A DNA stretch of 64,000 bases from Lytechinus pictus (lineage: Eukaryota): NCBI RefSeq assembly GCF_037042905.1, contig NC_087250.1, forward strand, positions 12,216,001 to 12,280,000, read 5' to 3'. The position numbers and the translations under genes were made by a program. Below the pieces are notes generated by a model. The model made no database searches and had not been told where the DNA came from. It saw nothing but the letters and a program-made list of their open reading frames with translations. Shown in pieces: positions 1 to 13,026 of the stretch; within the stretch, counting starts at the first letter, position 1, and each line of letters starts with the position of its first letter.

Positions 1-301
1 TTATCATCTATAAAATTTGATTCTTAATTTTAAACCTTACCGTAACAGGCGATGTTTGCATTGAATTTAACATGAAATCGATTGACAACTTTGACTAACA
101 TTTGAAAATCAAATTAGCGTATTCTAGCATCACTTCGCAGACGCTTCTTGGAACGTTGAGAATCTATTGAATATGCCCTTAAAATAACAATGGACCACTA
201 GATCGAGGTCATTGTCGAAATGTGATGGACCGTCTTCAGACGTCTTAAGATTTGGACAGGATGAAAAATTGTCGCAAATATGTCGTTTGTTCAGAGTCCA
301 G

Positions 302-456
302 GGGCCCGTTTCATAAAGACTTGCAACTGTTGTAACTTTGCCATTGTGGCAACTGCCATGGTAATCTTGATTTTGATTGGCTGCTGAGCCCTGTTGCCAT
401 GGTAGTAGCCATAATGGCAAAGTTAAAACAGTTGCAACTTTTTATGAAACGGGCCC
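302..456. mobile_element. Palindromic MITE, PIF/Harbinger-like
   Basis: TIR GGGCCCGTTTCATAAA/TTTATGAAACGGGCCC with long internal inverted symmetry; CAG TSD at 299-301 and 457-459. Confidence 0.8.
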
Positions 457-1587
457 CAGAACGGCACTCCTGTTGTGTCTAACCGATTTTCGACAAAAAG
501 GGCTGTTTTAATACGAACGGGTTTTTGACAAAAGATTCTCAGCGTTATAAAAAAACGTCTGCGAAGTAATTGCTAAAATGCTCCAGTTTTCACAATGCGA
601 TTAACTATTTTGATATCAAAAAGATGAACGCGTAGACGACAGCATTCGAATTCGCAAAAACAGCGTGTGAATTCCCCCAGGTCACGAGGGGGCGAGGGCG
701 ATCTGGCAATCAATTTCACGAGCAAGCGTACAATTTTCTTATTTGAGCAACGTACTCCATCTGTTACCATAACACGTCATTTTTTTTTCTTGGCTGTGTG
801 AGGGTTGAATCGTCATGTTTATATTAATCTAATTGTTTATTTTACACTTTGCTTTCCGTACTTCTCTTCACTTCCCATTTCTATGCCATTGTCACACAAC
901 TTTTTCTCTCATTCCTTAGTTTCTAAATCACCATGATCACAAACATTGCCATAATGCCATTTCAAATCCATGCGCCTCCACATGTTTTTTCATCGTCCTT
1001 TTCTCATTTACATTCAGCACATTGATCTTCTTCATATCATCCTATCTTATCCTCATTATTTCATCTTTCACCCTTGGTTCTTCCACTTTTCAGGGTTCTT
1101 CCATTCTATATTTCTCTATTTGCTTGAACTGATCATGTGACACTATTTTTGAATATATCTGAATATTTGTAAAGGCAGTGCCTAGTGAGGTCTGGATTTC
1201 AGGCCAATAAATCAGAGCATCACTGGACTTCATTCTGTCGACATCTTTATTTTGTTATTTAGTTCAGCTACAATTATATTTTAGGCTCTTCTTATTTGGT
1301 GCTTCCGGTTGTTTGATGTGATTTGAGTTTGCTTGTTTACGACTGTTTTTGTGAGGTGTATCTTTGAACATTCGGCCATTCTACACTTGTATTGAAATTC
1401 TGGCTTCGCTTGAAAATATGAAAATAAGTGGGTAATTAATAAGATAAAATCGTTTATAAAAGGAAACTTTAAAAAAGAGGGGAGAAAATGAGAAGTTGGA
1501 CTGAGGTTCAGTAACTACAGTCACATGAAGAGGTCTCCGCGCCATGCATGATGCATGCGTATTGCGCATTAAGCCTCCTCCCCTTCA

Positions 1588-4500
1588 GAAGGGAGAGCGG
1601 GGCGAGTTGGCCCTCGGGGCGAGTCCGCCCACCACGTGATTTACCCCTTTGCTGTGATTGGATATAAGTTTTGCTTATATGTAATGACAACCTATCCATA
1701 AGTAACAACACACGTTGACTAGAGCTCACATGCTTGGAATCTGAGAAACTTACAACGAATTATACATTTCGAGGCCACGTAAGTAAAATTTAAAAAAATC
1801 TAAAAATCTAAAAATCCTTATGGACACTTATGAATGCAGTTTTAGTAAGTTTTGTTGTTCGAAAGGTGTGATGTTTAGCTACTGAAATATACCGTTGATA
1901 CATTGAAATACGTTGTACATTTTGCGTAGAACAAGAGAAAAGAAAATGGCTGCCCCTGGGGCGAGTTCGCCTACTTTGCGACGGGGCAGATTCGCCCGGG
2001 GGCGGACTTGCCCCACAGGGGGGCGAACTCGCCCCACTCAGTATGGCTATCTCTACCCATATGCATTTGTTTTTAGAAATCTGACGTTCATCTTTCAGAT
2101 GTCGTTTATTCAGATGTCGCTTATTAATGTTAAAATGCGTTTAAAACACACAGAATCTCATGTAAAAAAAAAACAATTTAATAACAGAATTTAAGTTTTT
2201 CATCTCATTTTTAAGTGAACAGGCAATTTTTTAGGGCTCATCAAAGTTCATGAGGAAAAATTGTCCATAGATTTTTTAATTCAATTTTTTTATTTGGTGC
2301 CTCGCGATTTACTGAATGTTTGTGGATTCTATCTGGACGACAAACACGAATTTGAGTTTATTTCTATACATAATCATTAACATTGGTAAAAACGAATTCA
2401 TGCGTTTGTTGCTAGTTTATTAAATGTTATTGAAAAAATAATTTCATATATTGTCAGAGTCAGAAAAGATGGTAGATGTCAGGTTTGTATATCCAATTTT
2501 AGTAAGTTCTTTTGTTTAATTAAAAACCCATTACTGAAAATGCCTGTTTCTTTTCCTATGTTTGCAGAATGGTACGAAATTACCAACGGAAAACATGTAA
2601 TGAGTTTAGCAGTAGGCCATTATCTGTCAACAGAGAAAGGCACCAGAAAAACCTCCGATATATTTCAAATACCTCGAACAACATTGAGGAACAAAATCAA
2701 GAAAGTTAACGCTTGCCGGAGAGCGAACGGTCATTTGAGAAGTCAATTTTGGTTTATGATCAAATATTTCTGCGGTCATATTCATGAAGTTTAAAGCCAG
2801 CACTCCCATTAAGATTAACAAACTATCTATATGCTTTTTAAAAGTACCTCAAACTTTATCAATATAATTCAGTATATATATGCTAATGCTAATTAAACAT
2901 TTGAAAGGTTGGAGGAGTGACAACATTTTCTAAATGTTGCATTTACCACTTTAAATGGTTCTACTCAACACTTAAATGTTGGATTCAGCAGCTTTATACA
3001 AGGTTGGATGTATTATTCTTTGATTTAACATTCGAATTTTTAGAGTGTATATATATATATATATATATTACTTTTTTGGGGTGGAAAAACAATGCTACTA
3101 TACGTTAAGGTTAGTAAGAGCATTTAATAACTAGTGCTAATCTTAAATACAGTGTTGTTTTTTACTTTCATAATGTGATTAAAGAAGCTACAAAATGCTC
3201 TCAGATATATTTTAACAGAATCCACCTGCCAAACAAAATGGCTTTATTTTGACATAACATCTCATTTTTAAAAATCTTATGTTCACTCTAATGTTACTAA
3301 TAATTTATAGTGAAATTGCTTTCGAAGGCAATTAAATGCAATTATCTGACTGGCAAAAGTAAGTTTTGGTTTTATGTGCTGTCATTAGTGTTATCAGATC
3401 AATCATTTTAGTCAAGATAAATTTTCAGAGTTACAAATTAATGATCAGGAATTGGAATGGAAGGTTTCGTCACAGAACTTAAAGAAAAGAAACTCAGTTG
3501 AATTGTATAGTGTATAGTGACAGTTATGAAATAACAAGAATGTTTTCAAGTTGCTTGTTTCACATGATCGTTTCACTTCAGTGTATTTAATCAAATCATT
3601 GAAAATGTGGTTGGAAGGCAATGACACTTTGTAATGGCAAAAGTAGGTTGTTTTATCTGTTGTCATTAGAATTTCTCATATGAGATCATTTGGATACTTT
3701 TTACCCTGGGACATTTATACCCAGTTAACGTTTTGAGAGTTACAATTGTTTTTAAGAAAATGCACCAGAGAGCATTTCTTTTATTCTTAATCTAATCGTC
3801 TTATTAAAGAGTAGGCCTATTGTGCTCACAATGATTTCTAATTTAAAGAAATGTTCGAATAATTATGATCTAAAGGTATTGTATCAGTTCCGTTGGCAGT
3901 TTTGTCTACTACAAAATTTTGTAAATTGGCGCCATGTTAATTTAACCTAGTTGCCACATATAGGCCTATTTCCCTTTTCATGTTTTTCTTCTCTTCGAGT
4001 TACTCGAAACCTTAATTACTGATATGACTGAATAAGGAAGAAGATACCTACGTTTTCTCCCAATATGTACTTTGAAGATAATCATTAGACTAAATCACTT
4101 AATTTCATACACAGTGAAGACAATAGACAGATAAAAAAATGCATATTAATGATATTAAGAATATTTTAAAGAATCCTCCATTGATACAAATGTTAGATGC
4201 ATTATTCAGATTCGAGTTTAACAAAATATTTGGAGCCTATTTTCCCACTAAAACAAAGTGTATAGGCCTGCCTGTATTGTAAACTGTGATCTGTATATGT
4301 TCAATGTTTTTACTAAATGATAATAATCTCTGCTAAAGAAAAGAACAGGTCATTTTTATATTGTTGCCATGCTAGCACTAAATTCTTCAAATTTGAACTT
4401 ATTTTTTTTTTGGCTTTATATATTTTACGCTGACTGTTAACTGCTACTTTATATAGGCCTAAATAACATAATAAAGATAATCGCTGTTAGAATTCATGGA

Positions 4501-5293
4501 CATTAAAAGAAAAATGCATATTGCCTTAGATGTATTTTTTAAAACAAAGCACCGAAAAGAAAAGTAAAATTTTTATCCATCGTTATGGCTATTTCATGAT
4601 TTATGTAAACTTAATATCATATCAAGTTTAATGTGAATCATGTTTTAAAACTTCGTACAAATGTCACAGTGAATTTTTTTACTAGACGTACAGATATACC
4701 CATTACTGCCAAATTATGAAAAATGTATATGTCTGTTTTAAACATAGCATTAATACACAAGCAGAGGAATTATCAGGCAGTGCACAAAGTAGCACTGAAA
4801 TCAACTATAACTACGTTGATGGGTATAAAAGCTTCTTCTACCTCCGGAAAACTTCTTGTTGAAGATAAAATTACAAGTAGGCGTATAGGGCCTACTCTTC
4901 TACGCCCTGCAATTTATCTGCGTTCATTCATTTGTTCCCATAAAACATGTGTGTTATAACTTTATCTTGTTTCTTGTTGGCTGCTATCAAATAAATGTTT
5001 GTTACCTTTGAAAACATCGTTTTAATCGTTTTATATATCACTATTTTGTTATGGGCGAACTCGCCCCGCCCATCTGGCCAACTTGCCCCAAGGTGAGGCA
5101 GGTTCGCCCTGTAGCGAAGATTTTCTTCACGGCCCTTTTTTTCAAAACCGTGTGTATGTCCTCGATGAAAATATGATATAAGGTAGATATTACCTAGGCC
5201 TTTTATAATTGATAAGACACGACCTTCCTGCTAAAGTAAGCACGGCTCTAGAAGAGCGGGGAAAAATGGGACTGACTCGCCCCGCTCTCCCCC
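1588..5293 (+). mobile_element. Decayed pogo-like (Tc1/mariner superfamily) DNA transposon
   Basis: TIR GGGAGAGCGGGGCGAGT at 1591 with its reverse complement ending at ~5291, followed by TA. Clusters of subterminal GGGGCGARYTCGCC-like motifs at 1600-1630, 1957-2035 and 5053-5110. Internal pipsqueak-HTH remnant. The left TA is not clean. Confidence 0.7.
2569..2705 (+). pseudogene. Frameshifted transposase N-terminus with HTH_psq DNA-binding motif
   Basis: MVRNYQRKT in one frame, then MSLAVGHYLSTEKGTRKTSDIFQIPRTTLRNKIKK in another. IPRTTL is the psq-HTH signature. No DDE domain was recognised. Confidence 0.65.
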
Positions 5294-5517
5294 TATCTTG
5301 GACGGAGTCCGTTCAGACGTGGGTTCCTAGTCGAATTAGAATTATCCGACCATCCTCCGACCAAGATACTCCTACCTCTGACCAGGAGTATCTTGGTCGG
5401 AGGTAGGTCTGTCGGAGGTAGGTCGGAGTCCGTTCAGTTCCTAGTCGGATTAGAATTCGCCGACCTTCCTCCGACCAAGGTACTCCTCCCTCTGACCAGG
5501 AGTATCTTGGTCGGAGG

Positions 5518-8020
5518 CATGGGCGGAAATCTGTCCCGAAAGGTAGGGGGGACCACAGGGGCGGATCCAGCCTTCGCCAATAGGGGGGGGGGGGGTTCAG
5601 CCATATTTTAATCCCCGATTGGCCGCTCGATGATGATTTTTGTTTGTTTCGTTAAAGGGGTAGTCTTCGTGGTCACTTTTTAGCTTTATTCTTATAAATT
5701 AACATAAATATATAATATCATGATCAATATTTATATAATGCGAGCGCGAAGCGCGAGCAATTTTTTTTTGTTTTTGTTTAGGGGAGGGATTTTACGTATT
5801 TTTTCCTAAAATTTTAACATTCTGGGCAATGTTTGTTATCCCGAAAAAGATGTGTATGCAAATAAATAAGTACTACGAACGCGAAGTGCGAGCAGAAATG
5901 ATCTGATGGAAAAGGTACCTGTTAAAGACTGCTTGCAGTTAGCCATGAAGACGTTACATATTTCAACAATCAAATAATGCGAGCGCGAAGCGCGAGCTGA
6001 AATTTTTTGAAATTTTATCTAAGGAATGGAAATTCTAAGCACTTTGTGTAACTTAAACATAATAGGTATATAACTAAACGATTGATGCGGAGCGCGAGCG
6101 GAAAATTTTGAGATTTAGACCTAAGAACGAAACACTCTACATGTATTCATGATCTGTCATGAAAAGGATGAGTAATTGGAGGTCTTCCTTACATTAATAA
6201 TGCGAGTGCAAAGTGCAGCCAGAAAATGTTTACATACGTTTAATTTGAACTGATCGAAAAGGTACTTGTTAAGCAGGGGCGGATCCAGCCTTCGCCAATA
6301 GGGGGGGGGGCGGATTTTATTTTCGGCCATATTCTCCCCGATCGGCCGCTCGAAGATGATTTTTGGTTTCTTTGAAGGGGTAGTCCTAATAGTCATTTCT
6401 TAGCTTTATTCTTATGAATAAATTTAAATATATAATATCATAATCCTTATTTATATAATGCGAGCGCGAAGTGCGAGCAATTTTTTTGGGGGGAAATTTT
6501 ATGTATTTTTTCCTAAAATTTTGAACATTCTGGGCAATGTTTGCTATCCTGAAAAAGATGTGTATGTAAATGAATAATTACTACGAACGTGAAGCGCTAG
6601 CAGAAATGAACTGATGGATAAGGTACCTGTTACAGACTGCTTGTAGTTAGCCATGAAGACGTTACATATTTCAACAATTAAATAATGCGAGTGCGAAGCG
6701 CGAGTTGAAATTTTTTGACATTTTTACCTAAGGAATGAAAATTCTAAGCACTTTTTGTAATTCAAACAGATAGGTATATAATTAAACAATTGATGCGAGC
6801 GCGAAGCGTGAGCGGGAAAAAAAAATCGAGATTTAGACCTAAAAACGGCACACTCTATTCATGTTTTGTAAATCATGAAAAGAATGAGTAATACGGGATT
6901 TTCCTACATTAATAATGCGAGCACAAAGCGCGAGCAGAGTTTTTGATATTGTGATCTGAAACTGGATAACGATTTAAATATAGAACAAGTTGAGTATCTG
7001 AATAAACATGCGCGGGCGTGTTTCATATTCAGACCTAGAATCTAGGCATTCTACACATCTTTTATTATGAAAAATCAGAGCGAGCGCGAAGCGCGAGCTT
7101 AAACTATATGATATTCCAATCTGAAAAAAAAAGTTAATTTCAGCTATTTATTTCAAGCACTTTGTAGGAAAATCGTGAGGTGGATATGGATCACACTTAA
7201 TAACGAGCTGATATTTTTCATTATTATTTGAGTTTTGACATAGGACTGGGACATCCTTAGGACATGTCATATGAAAATGATGACTATCTTACTATCCCTC
7301 TTGCTAAGCGCGAGATGAAACAAAAGGGACAATTTAATCATTAAATTAATATCTTATTTATTAATGCCCAATGAGGGGGGGGGGGGGAATCTGATGATAT
7401 TATGGCCTGAAAACTGGACATTTCAAGCACTTTTGTAATTCTAAATAGAATGCATCAGTTAAAATATTTTTTTACCATTAATGCGAGCGCAAAATAATAG
7501 GTACTTAATAAATCGAAATTTGCGAGCGCTCAGCACGAGCAGAAAATTTCAATATTCAGACCATAAAGCTATCATTTTAACAGAGCACCTTTTAAAAATC
7601 AGTTTGTAAATCACACAAAATAATGAAAGTTCGATTTCCGAGGTGAAATGTGTAATGTATATTGACTTCCAAACTTGATATTTAAGATCCATATTGAACA
7701 ATCACCTAACAGGCAATGCGAGCGCGAAGCGCGACCGAAAATTTTATATAGTGACATGAAAGATTCTTTTTATTTTCCAAGTCTTCCCCTCATCTTATTT
7801 TATTCACTCTGGAAAATTTGACAAGCAAAAAAAAAGTATTCACCCAAAATGTAAGGTCATTTAGTTCAAAAGACATGTATTATTTCGAATGTGAATGATG
7901 CATTTTTTTCCATCATAAAAGACCAAAAATAGTAGGGGGGACATTTGATATTGTGTCCCCCCTACTATTTTTGGTAGGGGGGACACGTCCCCCCTGTCCC
8001 CCCTGGGATTTCCGCCCATG
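5518..8020. mobile_element. Non-autonomous hAT-type element with nested repeats
   Basis: TIR CATGGGCGGAAATC/GATTTCCGCCCATG; 8-bp TSD GTCGGAGG at 5510-5517 and 8021-8028. Confidence 0.9.
5556..7808. mobile_element. Two tandem copies (from 5556 and 6274) of a CAGGGGCGGATCC-ended element with GCGAGCGCGAAGCGCGAGC internal repeats; right end absent
   Basis: Near-identical starts CAGGGGCGGATCCAGCCTTCGCCAATAGGGG, colinear for ~650 bp. The outer element resumes at ~7810 when compared with the 14180 copy. Confidence 0.75.
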
Positions 8021-8951
8021 GTCGGAGGTAGGTCGGAGTCTGTTCAGTTCCTATTCGGATTAGAACTCGCCGACCTTCCTCCGACCAAGATACTCCTTCC
8101 TCTGACCAGGGGTATCTTGGTCGGAGGTAGGTCGGAGTCTGTTCAGTTCCTAGTCGGATTAGAATTCGCCGACCTTCCTCCGACCAAGATACTCCTCCCT
8201 CTGACCAGGAGTATCTTAGTCGGAGTTCGTTCAGACGTGGGTTCCTATAGTCGGATTCGAATTCTCCGACCTTCCTCCGACCGAGATACTCCTTCCTCTT
8301 ACCAGGAGTATCTCGGTCGGAGGTAGGTCGGAGTCCGTTCAGTTCCTAGTCGGATTAGAATTCGCCGACCTTCCTCCGACCAAGATACTCCTCCCTCTGA
8401 CCAGGAGTATCTTATTCGGAGTCCGTTCAGACGTGGGTTCCTAAAGTCGGATTCGAATTCTCCGACCTTCCTCCGACCGAGATACTCCTTCCTCTTACCA
8501 GGAGTATCTCGGTCGGAATCCGTTCAGACGTGGGTTCCTATAGTCGGATTAGAACTCGCCGACCTTCCTCCGACCAAGATACCCCTCCCTCTGACCAGGA
8601 GTATCTTGGTGGGAGGCAGGTCGGAGTCCGTTTAGTTCCTAGTCGGATTAGAGTTCTCCGACCTTCCTCCGATCAAGATACTCCTCTTTCTGACCAGGAG
8701 TATCTTGGTCGGAGGTAGGTAGGAGTAACTTTGTCCAGACTCCAGACGGTCATTACTCCGACTTTTCCCCCGACCTTTCCTCCGACAATAACTGTCTATG
8801 TCTGGTCGTGATAAGATACATATCTTTGGAATTTTAACTCATGCACAATAACATTTTACCCCAACTAGGAACCCATGTCTAAACGAAGCTGTAGAAAGGA
8901 AAGGACAGAACGTGAAATATTCCTCAGCTGGTAGAGAGGGGATTTCGTACT

Positions 8952-9382
8952 CCGGGGGGGGGGGGGGGTATAGTCAAATGTGTTGCTGTACACACGCGTG
9001 GCCAAACTCTTTCCAAACACCCCCTAAACAAATTTTTCTCTGTGTGCAAAAAACTAGTTTTTCGCGGGCTTTATTTTTCATATTTGGCCCCTAAACAAGT
9101 TGTCGCCAGAATATGACCCCAGGGAAAAAATTTAGAAAAAACATACCATAAATACGTTTGGCTCGTCTTAAAAAAAGCTTTGGAAAAAAACATAGCCTAA
9201 ATACCATGAATACGTTTGACCCTTCGATTTTCAAAACTACCCCTTTAAAAAAAATGGTGTTTTGGATACTCTTAACGAGTGCACGCGCGGCCCGCGTCCA
9301 AAACTATTAAAAAAAACACCCCTTTATTGCGTTTTTCCGGTCACGCGTGTGTACATCAATAATGCCCCCCCCCCCTCTCGGG
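8952..9382. mobile_element. MITE with CCGGGG.../...CCCC termini
   Basis: Poly-G followed by TGTACACACGCGTG at left; CACGCGTGTGTACA followed by poly-C at right. Confidence 0.65.
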
Positions 9383-9528
9383 CCGGGTTCGATTCCCAAA
9401 TGGTGCGCTAGTGCCCTTTGGTAAGGCATTGAAATCCTCATTACCAGGTCCGTCGGAATGGACCTATGCCTTCGGTCCCCTGGTTGCTTGCTTACAAGCA
9501 TTGATGCGTTCATAGCAATCAGGTAAAT
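9383..9528 (+). mobile_element. 5'-truncated tRNA-derived SINE, same family as 36463-36648
   Basis: B box GGTTCGATTCC; body colinear with the 36.5-kb copy. Confidence 0.75.
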
Positions 9529-10091
9529 TCACCACCATTTACAGTGGGGAATGATATCCCTCTTGACTTTGACATGTGGCAACGATTTATAATTTGATAA
9601 TGTGAAGGCATAAGGAGGATCTTTAGTTACAATTATCGATGGTAAATCTTAAAACCAAAAGACCTTCTTGGGGATAAACACAATCTTCTCGGGTCTTACT
9701 GAAGAGATTATCTAAATATCGTGTTCACTCTCATGCTAATGACAATGGCACTTGTACATCTCTTTAACTGAAATCGCGGGTAGTCTTATTTTCGAAAACA
9801 ACCAGCAACATTTTAGTGTATCTTTATCATGTCGACTGTCTGAACACGAAATGATATAAGACTTGCTTTGGAGGATTTTTTTTCAATATTCTATTTTAAA
9901 GAAAATAAGGTATTATTTTTGTTATATTTCAAAGTTTACCCCAAAATATAACCACTTAATGTTTAACTAAATCAAAATAAATGGTTATTTCTACGTAAAA
10001 TTGACATCAATTTTGACGTCGAATATCATGTATCCTATAATTTCCAATTTGTCTATGTGTCATTGTTATGGTTTATTTACAATTTATTTAC

Positions 10092-10495
10092 AATGCCAAC
10101 TCGTCCAAGTCCCAACTCATCCAATATTATTTGGTATACCAGCAGTTCGTCCACTATCCACATGGTCTAATTACCATTCCGTCCGCTCAGCATTTCGTCT
10201 AATTACCAGTTGGTCCAATAGCCATTTAGTCCATATACTATTTGTTCTAATTGGATTAAGTGTTAATTGGGCGAAATGAATGAACATAAAATGGATATGA
10301 GACCAACATGGTTATGAAACGAAATGGTTATAGACGAACTGGTGATTAGACGAAGTGATGATTGAGTGGACGAAATAGTTATTGGATCAAATGGTTGTTA
10401 GACAAAATGTTGATGGACGGAATGGCATTAGACTAAATGAAGGGAGTCCATGTGGTGAGTGGACGAGTTAGCAGTAGACGAATTGGCAATTTACT
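10092..10495. mobile_element. Palindromic MITE (TTCGTC/GACGAA internal repeats); related copy at ~49212-49626, fragments near 52.8-53.5 kb and 60.3-60.5 kb
   Basis: Shared text such as GTTGATGGACGGAATGGCATTAGACT and GCAGTAGACGAATTGGCAATTTAC in both copies; the left half is inverted relative to the right. Confidence 0.75.
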
Positions 10496-10684
10496 CTACA
10501 ACTCTACGTCATCATTAATCTACCCAAATTTTTTCCCCAAGGCATGGAGAGGGGGGGGGGGGCAATAATCTATAGGGTGCCATTTGTAAAAGTATATTTT
10601 AAGTAAATTGTATGTTATATAATCTGTGTTAAACCATTATATCATTATTTATTTTACTACCTAAAGTCAGTTTCATTATTCATC

Positions 10685-10870
10685 CACATTGTGCTGCACT
10701 CAACCCAGGTGAGGTGAATGGGTGCCCGGCAGGATTAATTCCTTGATTGCATGAGCGCTGAAAGGCAGCTCGAGCTAAAGCCGGGGTAATAATAATGATA
10801 ACAACGCGTCTCGGAATAGAATATTTCTAGATAGATGGCGCTATATAAATGCCTATTATTATTATCATTA
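10685..10870 (+). mobile_element. SINE 3' fragment with (TAT)n tail; related core on minus strand at ~52915-53097
   Basis: GTGCTGCACTCAACCCAGGTGAGGTGAATGGGT core and GCGCTATATAAATGCC(TAT)n end. Confidence 0.65.
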
Positions 10871-13020
10871 CTTGTAAAAGGATAATTTGAAAATGTTAAT
10901 CTCGTTATCCATCAATAATATATTGGAATGAATTATTCACCAATGACATTTTTTATTACTTTGAGAAAACTACATCAAAATGGTTAAATAACGATTCCGG
11001 TAAAAGGGTAATATCTGGGCTTCAAGAAAATGAAAACCACTGTTCGTAATAAACGTAATTCGATATGTTTAATTTGAATTTGCGTAATCTATCGATTTCC
11101 GCATATTTCTGGGATTTGGTCGTTGTTTCAATCGTAAAGAACAAGAGTTAGACTGTTTGATTGGGCACGTGACATAACTATATCCGATGTAACATATAAT
11201 TTAATTATTAATACTTTTAAAACGGCACCTCATGCTAGTATAATTCAGGGAAATGCTTCCCTTGTAATAACTAAATCTATGATTATTATGTTTTACTCTT
11301 GTTTTTTTAATTACTTTTTTCATGCCTTTGAGGGTTTTTGAGACACCTTTTTCTTTCATTACTCTTTTTAAAACTCATCTTAATGTTTCATGATTATATT
11401 TTTATATTTATGTTCAAATGTGTGATATTTGTATGTTTTGACATGTATATATTAATGAAATAAATAAATGAGAGTATTTTCACTCTCCCTCAACTCTAAA
11501 ATTAATTAATCAAGAATGAATTAAAATGAATTAAACCAAGAAAGAGTCTCCTTATTTTGGCACTTTGGGTAATGCATAATATTCCCGAATACCTGATTGT
11601 GTAAGATTCCCAAAGAATCGACAATAAAATAATTAAAATTGCTATGTGATTAAGCAAAAACGATCAGAAATATAATTGTTTCGATCGATGAAATTTTTTT
11701 TCCTAAGGTAACAATTCGAATAATCGTCGAACCCAAACCCCGTAAGCCTCCTGTTTCAAAATTTACACAATTATTTTGAGGACAGGTTAGCTAAGCTGTA
11801 TTGTAGAATGATGGCAATGATTTCAACCTGATTCTAGTCTAAAAAACAATCTGCTCATGCCAGTAGAGAAAAGTATCTATGGACGTAAATATTGGCACTT
11901 TCGTCTTTACTCTAAAACAAAGCTTTTTCTGGAGTGGTCCTATTATTTTGGGACATTTTGAGATTATGACTTGTCCCCAGAATTTAAACATTTTGAGGAC
12001 ATGAGGGTTAACAAGCTGTGGTATTGGATTATTAGAGTGGGTTTAATCTGATTCTAGTCTGAAAATTATCTGCACTGTAAAACGCTGTTTGAAATTTCAA
12101 GCACGTTGATTAACGCCGTCACTCTAACAACTATTTACTGTTTATACTTTTTAAACAAGTTGTTTTTAAAAAGTTTAAACAATTACAAAAATTTAAACAA
12201 CTTGTTGTTAGATTGACAGGCTTGAACAACGTGCTATTTTCTTTTAACCGTGTGTAGAGAAATATTTTTAGGCAAGACATTGACCTTTTCTGAGCCTCCC
12301 TATTATTTTGGTAAGTTTAGATATTTAAACGGGATTTGAACCAATCCATGTCACACACGCTCGTTACTAGCTTTTATTTGCATTGGCTCAGACTCACCGT
12401 AGATGGGGTAGTGCTCGGTTGTCGGGCTTGAATGATGGATGGCAAAGACAGTTCTTGTCGGGGTGGCCGGATTTTCACAAAATACGGGACTATTTGAGGT
12501 CAAGTCAGTGGCATAATGAGCGAAACATTTTCATATAGATAAATATGGCACATGGGGTAGAATTCTTTACCCGGGGATAAAATAAATAATACTGAAAAAC
12601 AAAAAGGAGACAACGACGGGAGGGTATGGATTAATAGATGATTTCTGAGTTGCATTTTATTTCGGAGCTTATGATCATAAACATGATGAAGATCAAAGAA
12701 CAAACTAAATCAATGACATCAATCTGCCAGGGCCATCATCAATCCTGGTGTTTCATAAAGCTGTTCGTAAGTTAAAAATTACTTCACGAACGACTGATGA
12801 CGCTTTCTTAATTACTGTGTGATATATCCCTATGTAGTTGACTTTCTACCTAAGAACATGTTCCAGTCTTGCCAAGCCAGACACGGTCATGTGTAATTGT
12901 TTAGACAGCTTTACGAGACATCCACCTATAGAGCATTTTACATTAGTTTCGACAGTTTAGGAGACAGCAGACTCAGCATTATTCGAAAGAAATTCTTTGT
13001 ATACAACATGACAGTCATGT

Positions 13021-13026
13021 TTTATT
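13021..13026 (-). promoter_or_regulatory. Candidate AATAAA polyadenylation signal for the dispanin gene
   Basis: AATAAA on the minus strand ~530 nt after the stop; other candidates lie further downstream. Confidence 0.3.

Larger units (their letters stand above)
5294..8890. repeat. Tandem array of ~99-bp internally palindromic units (5294-5517 and 8021-~8790), interrupted by a hAT-type insertion
   Basis: Unit GGTCGGAGGTAGGTCGGAGTCCGTTCAGTTCCTAGTCGGATTAGAATTCGCCGACCTTCCTCCGACCAAGATACTCCTCCCTCTGACCAGGAGTATCTT recurs about 9 times. ACTAGGAACCCATGTCTAAACG near 8864-8885 is an inverted copy of CGTTCAGACGTGGGTTCCTAGT (5310-5331). Confidence 0.9.

Noticed and set aside
8021..8790. CRISPR-like array of palindromic repeats
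   Set aside because: No unique spacers (whole units repeat), no cas genes, eukaryotic context.
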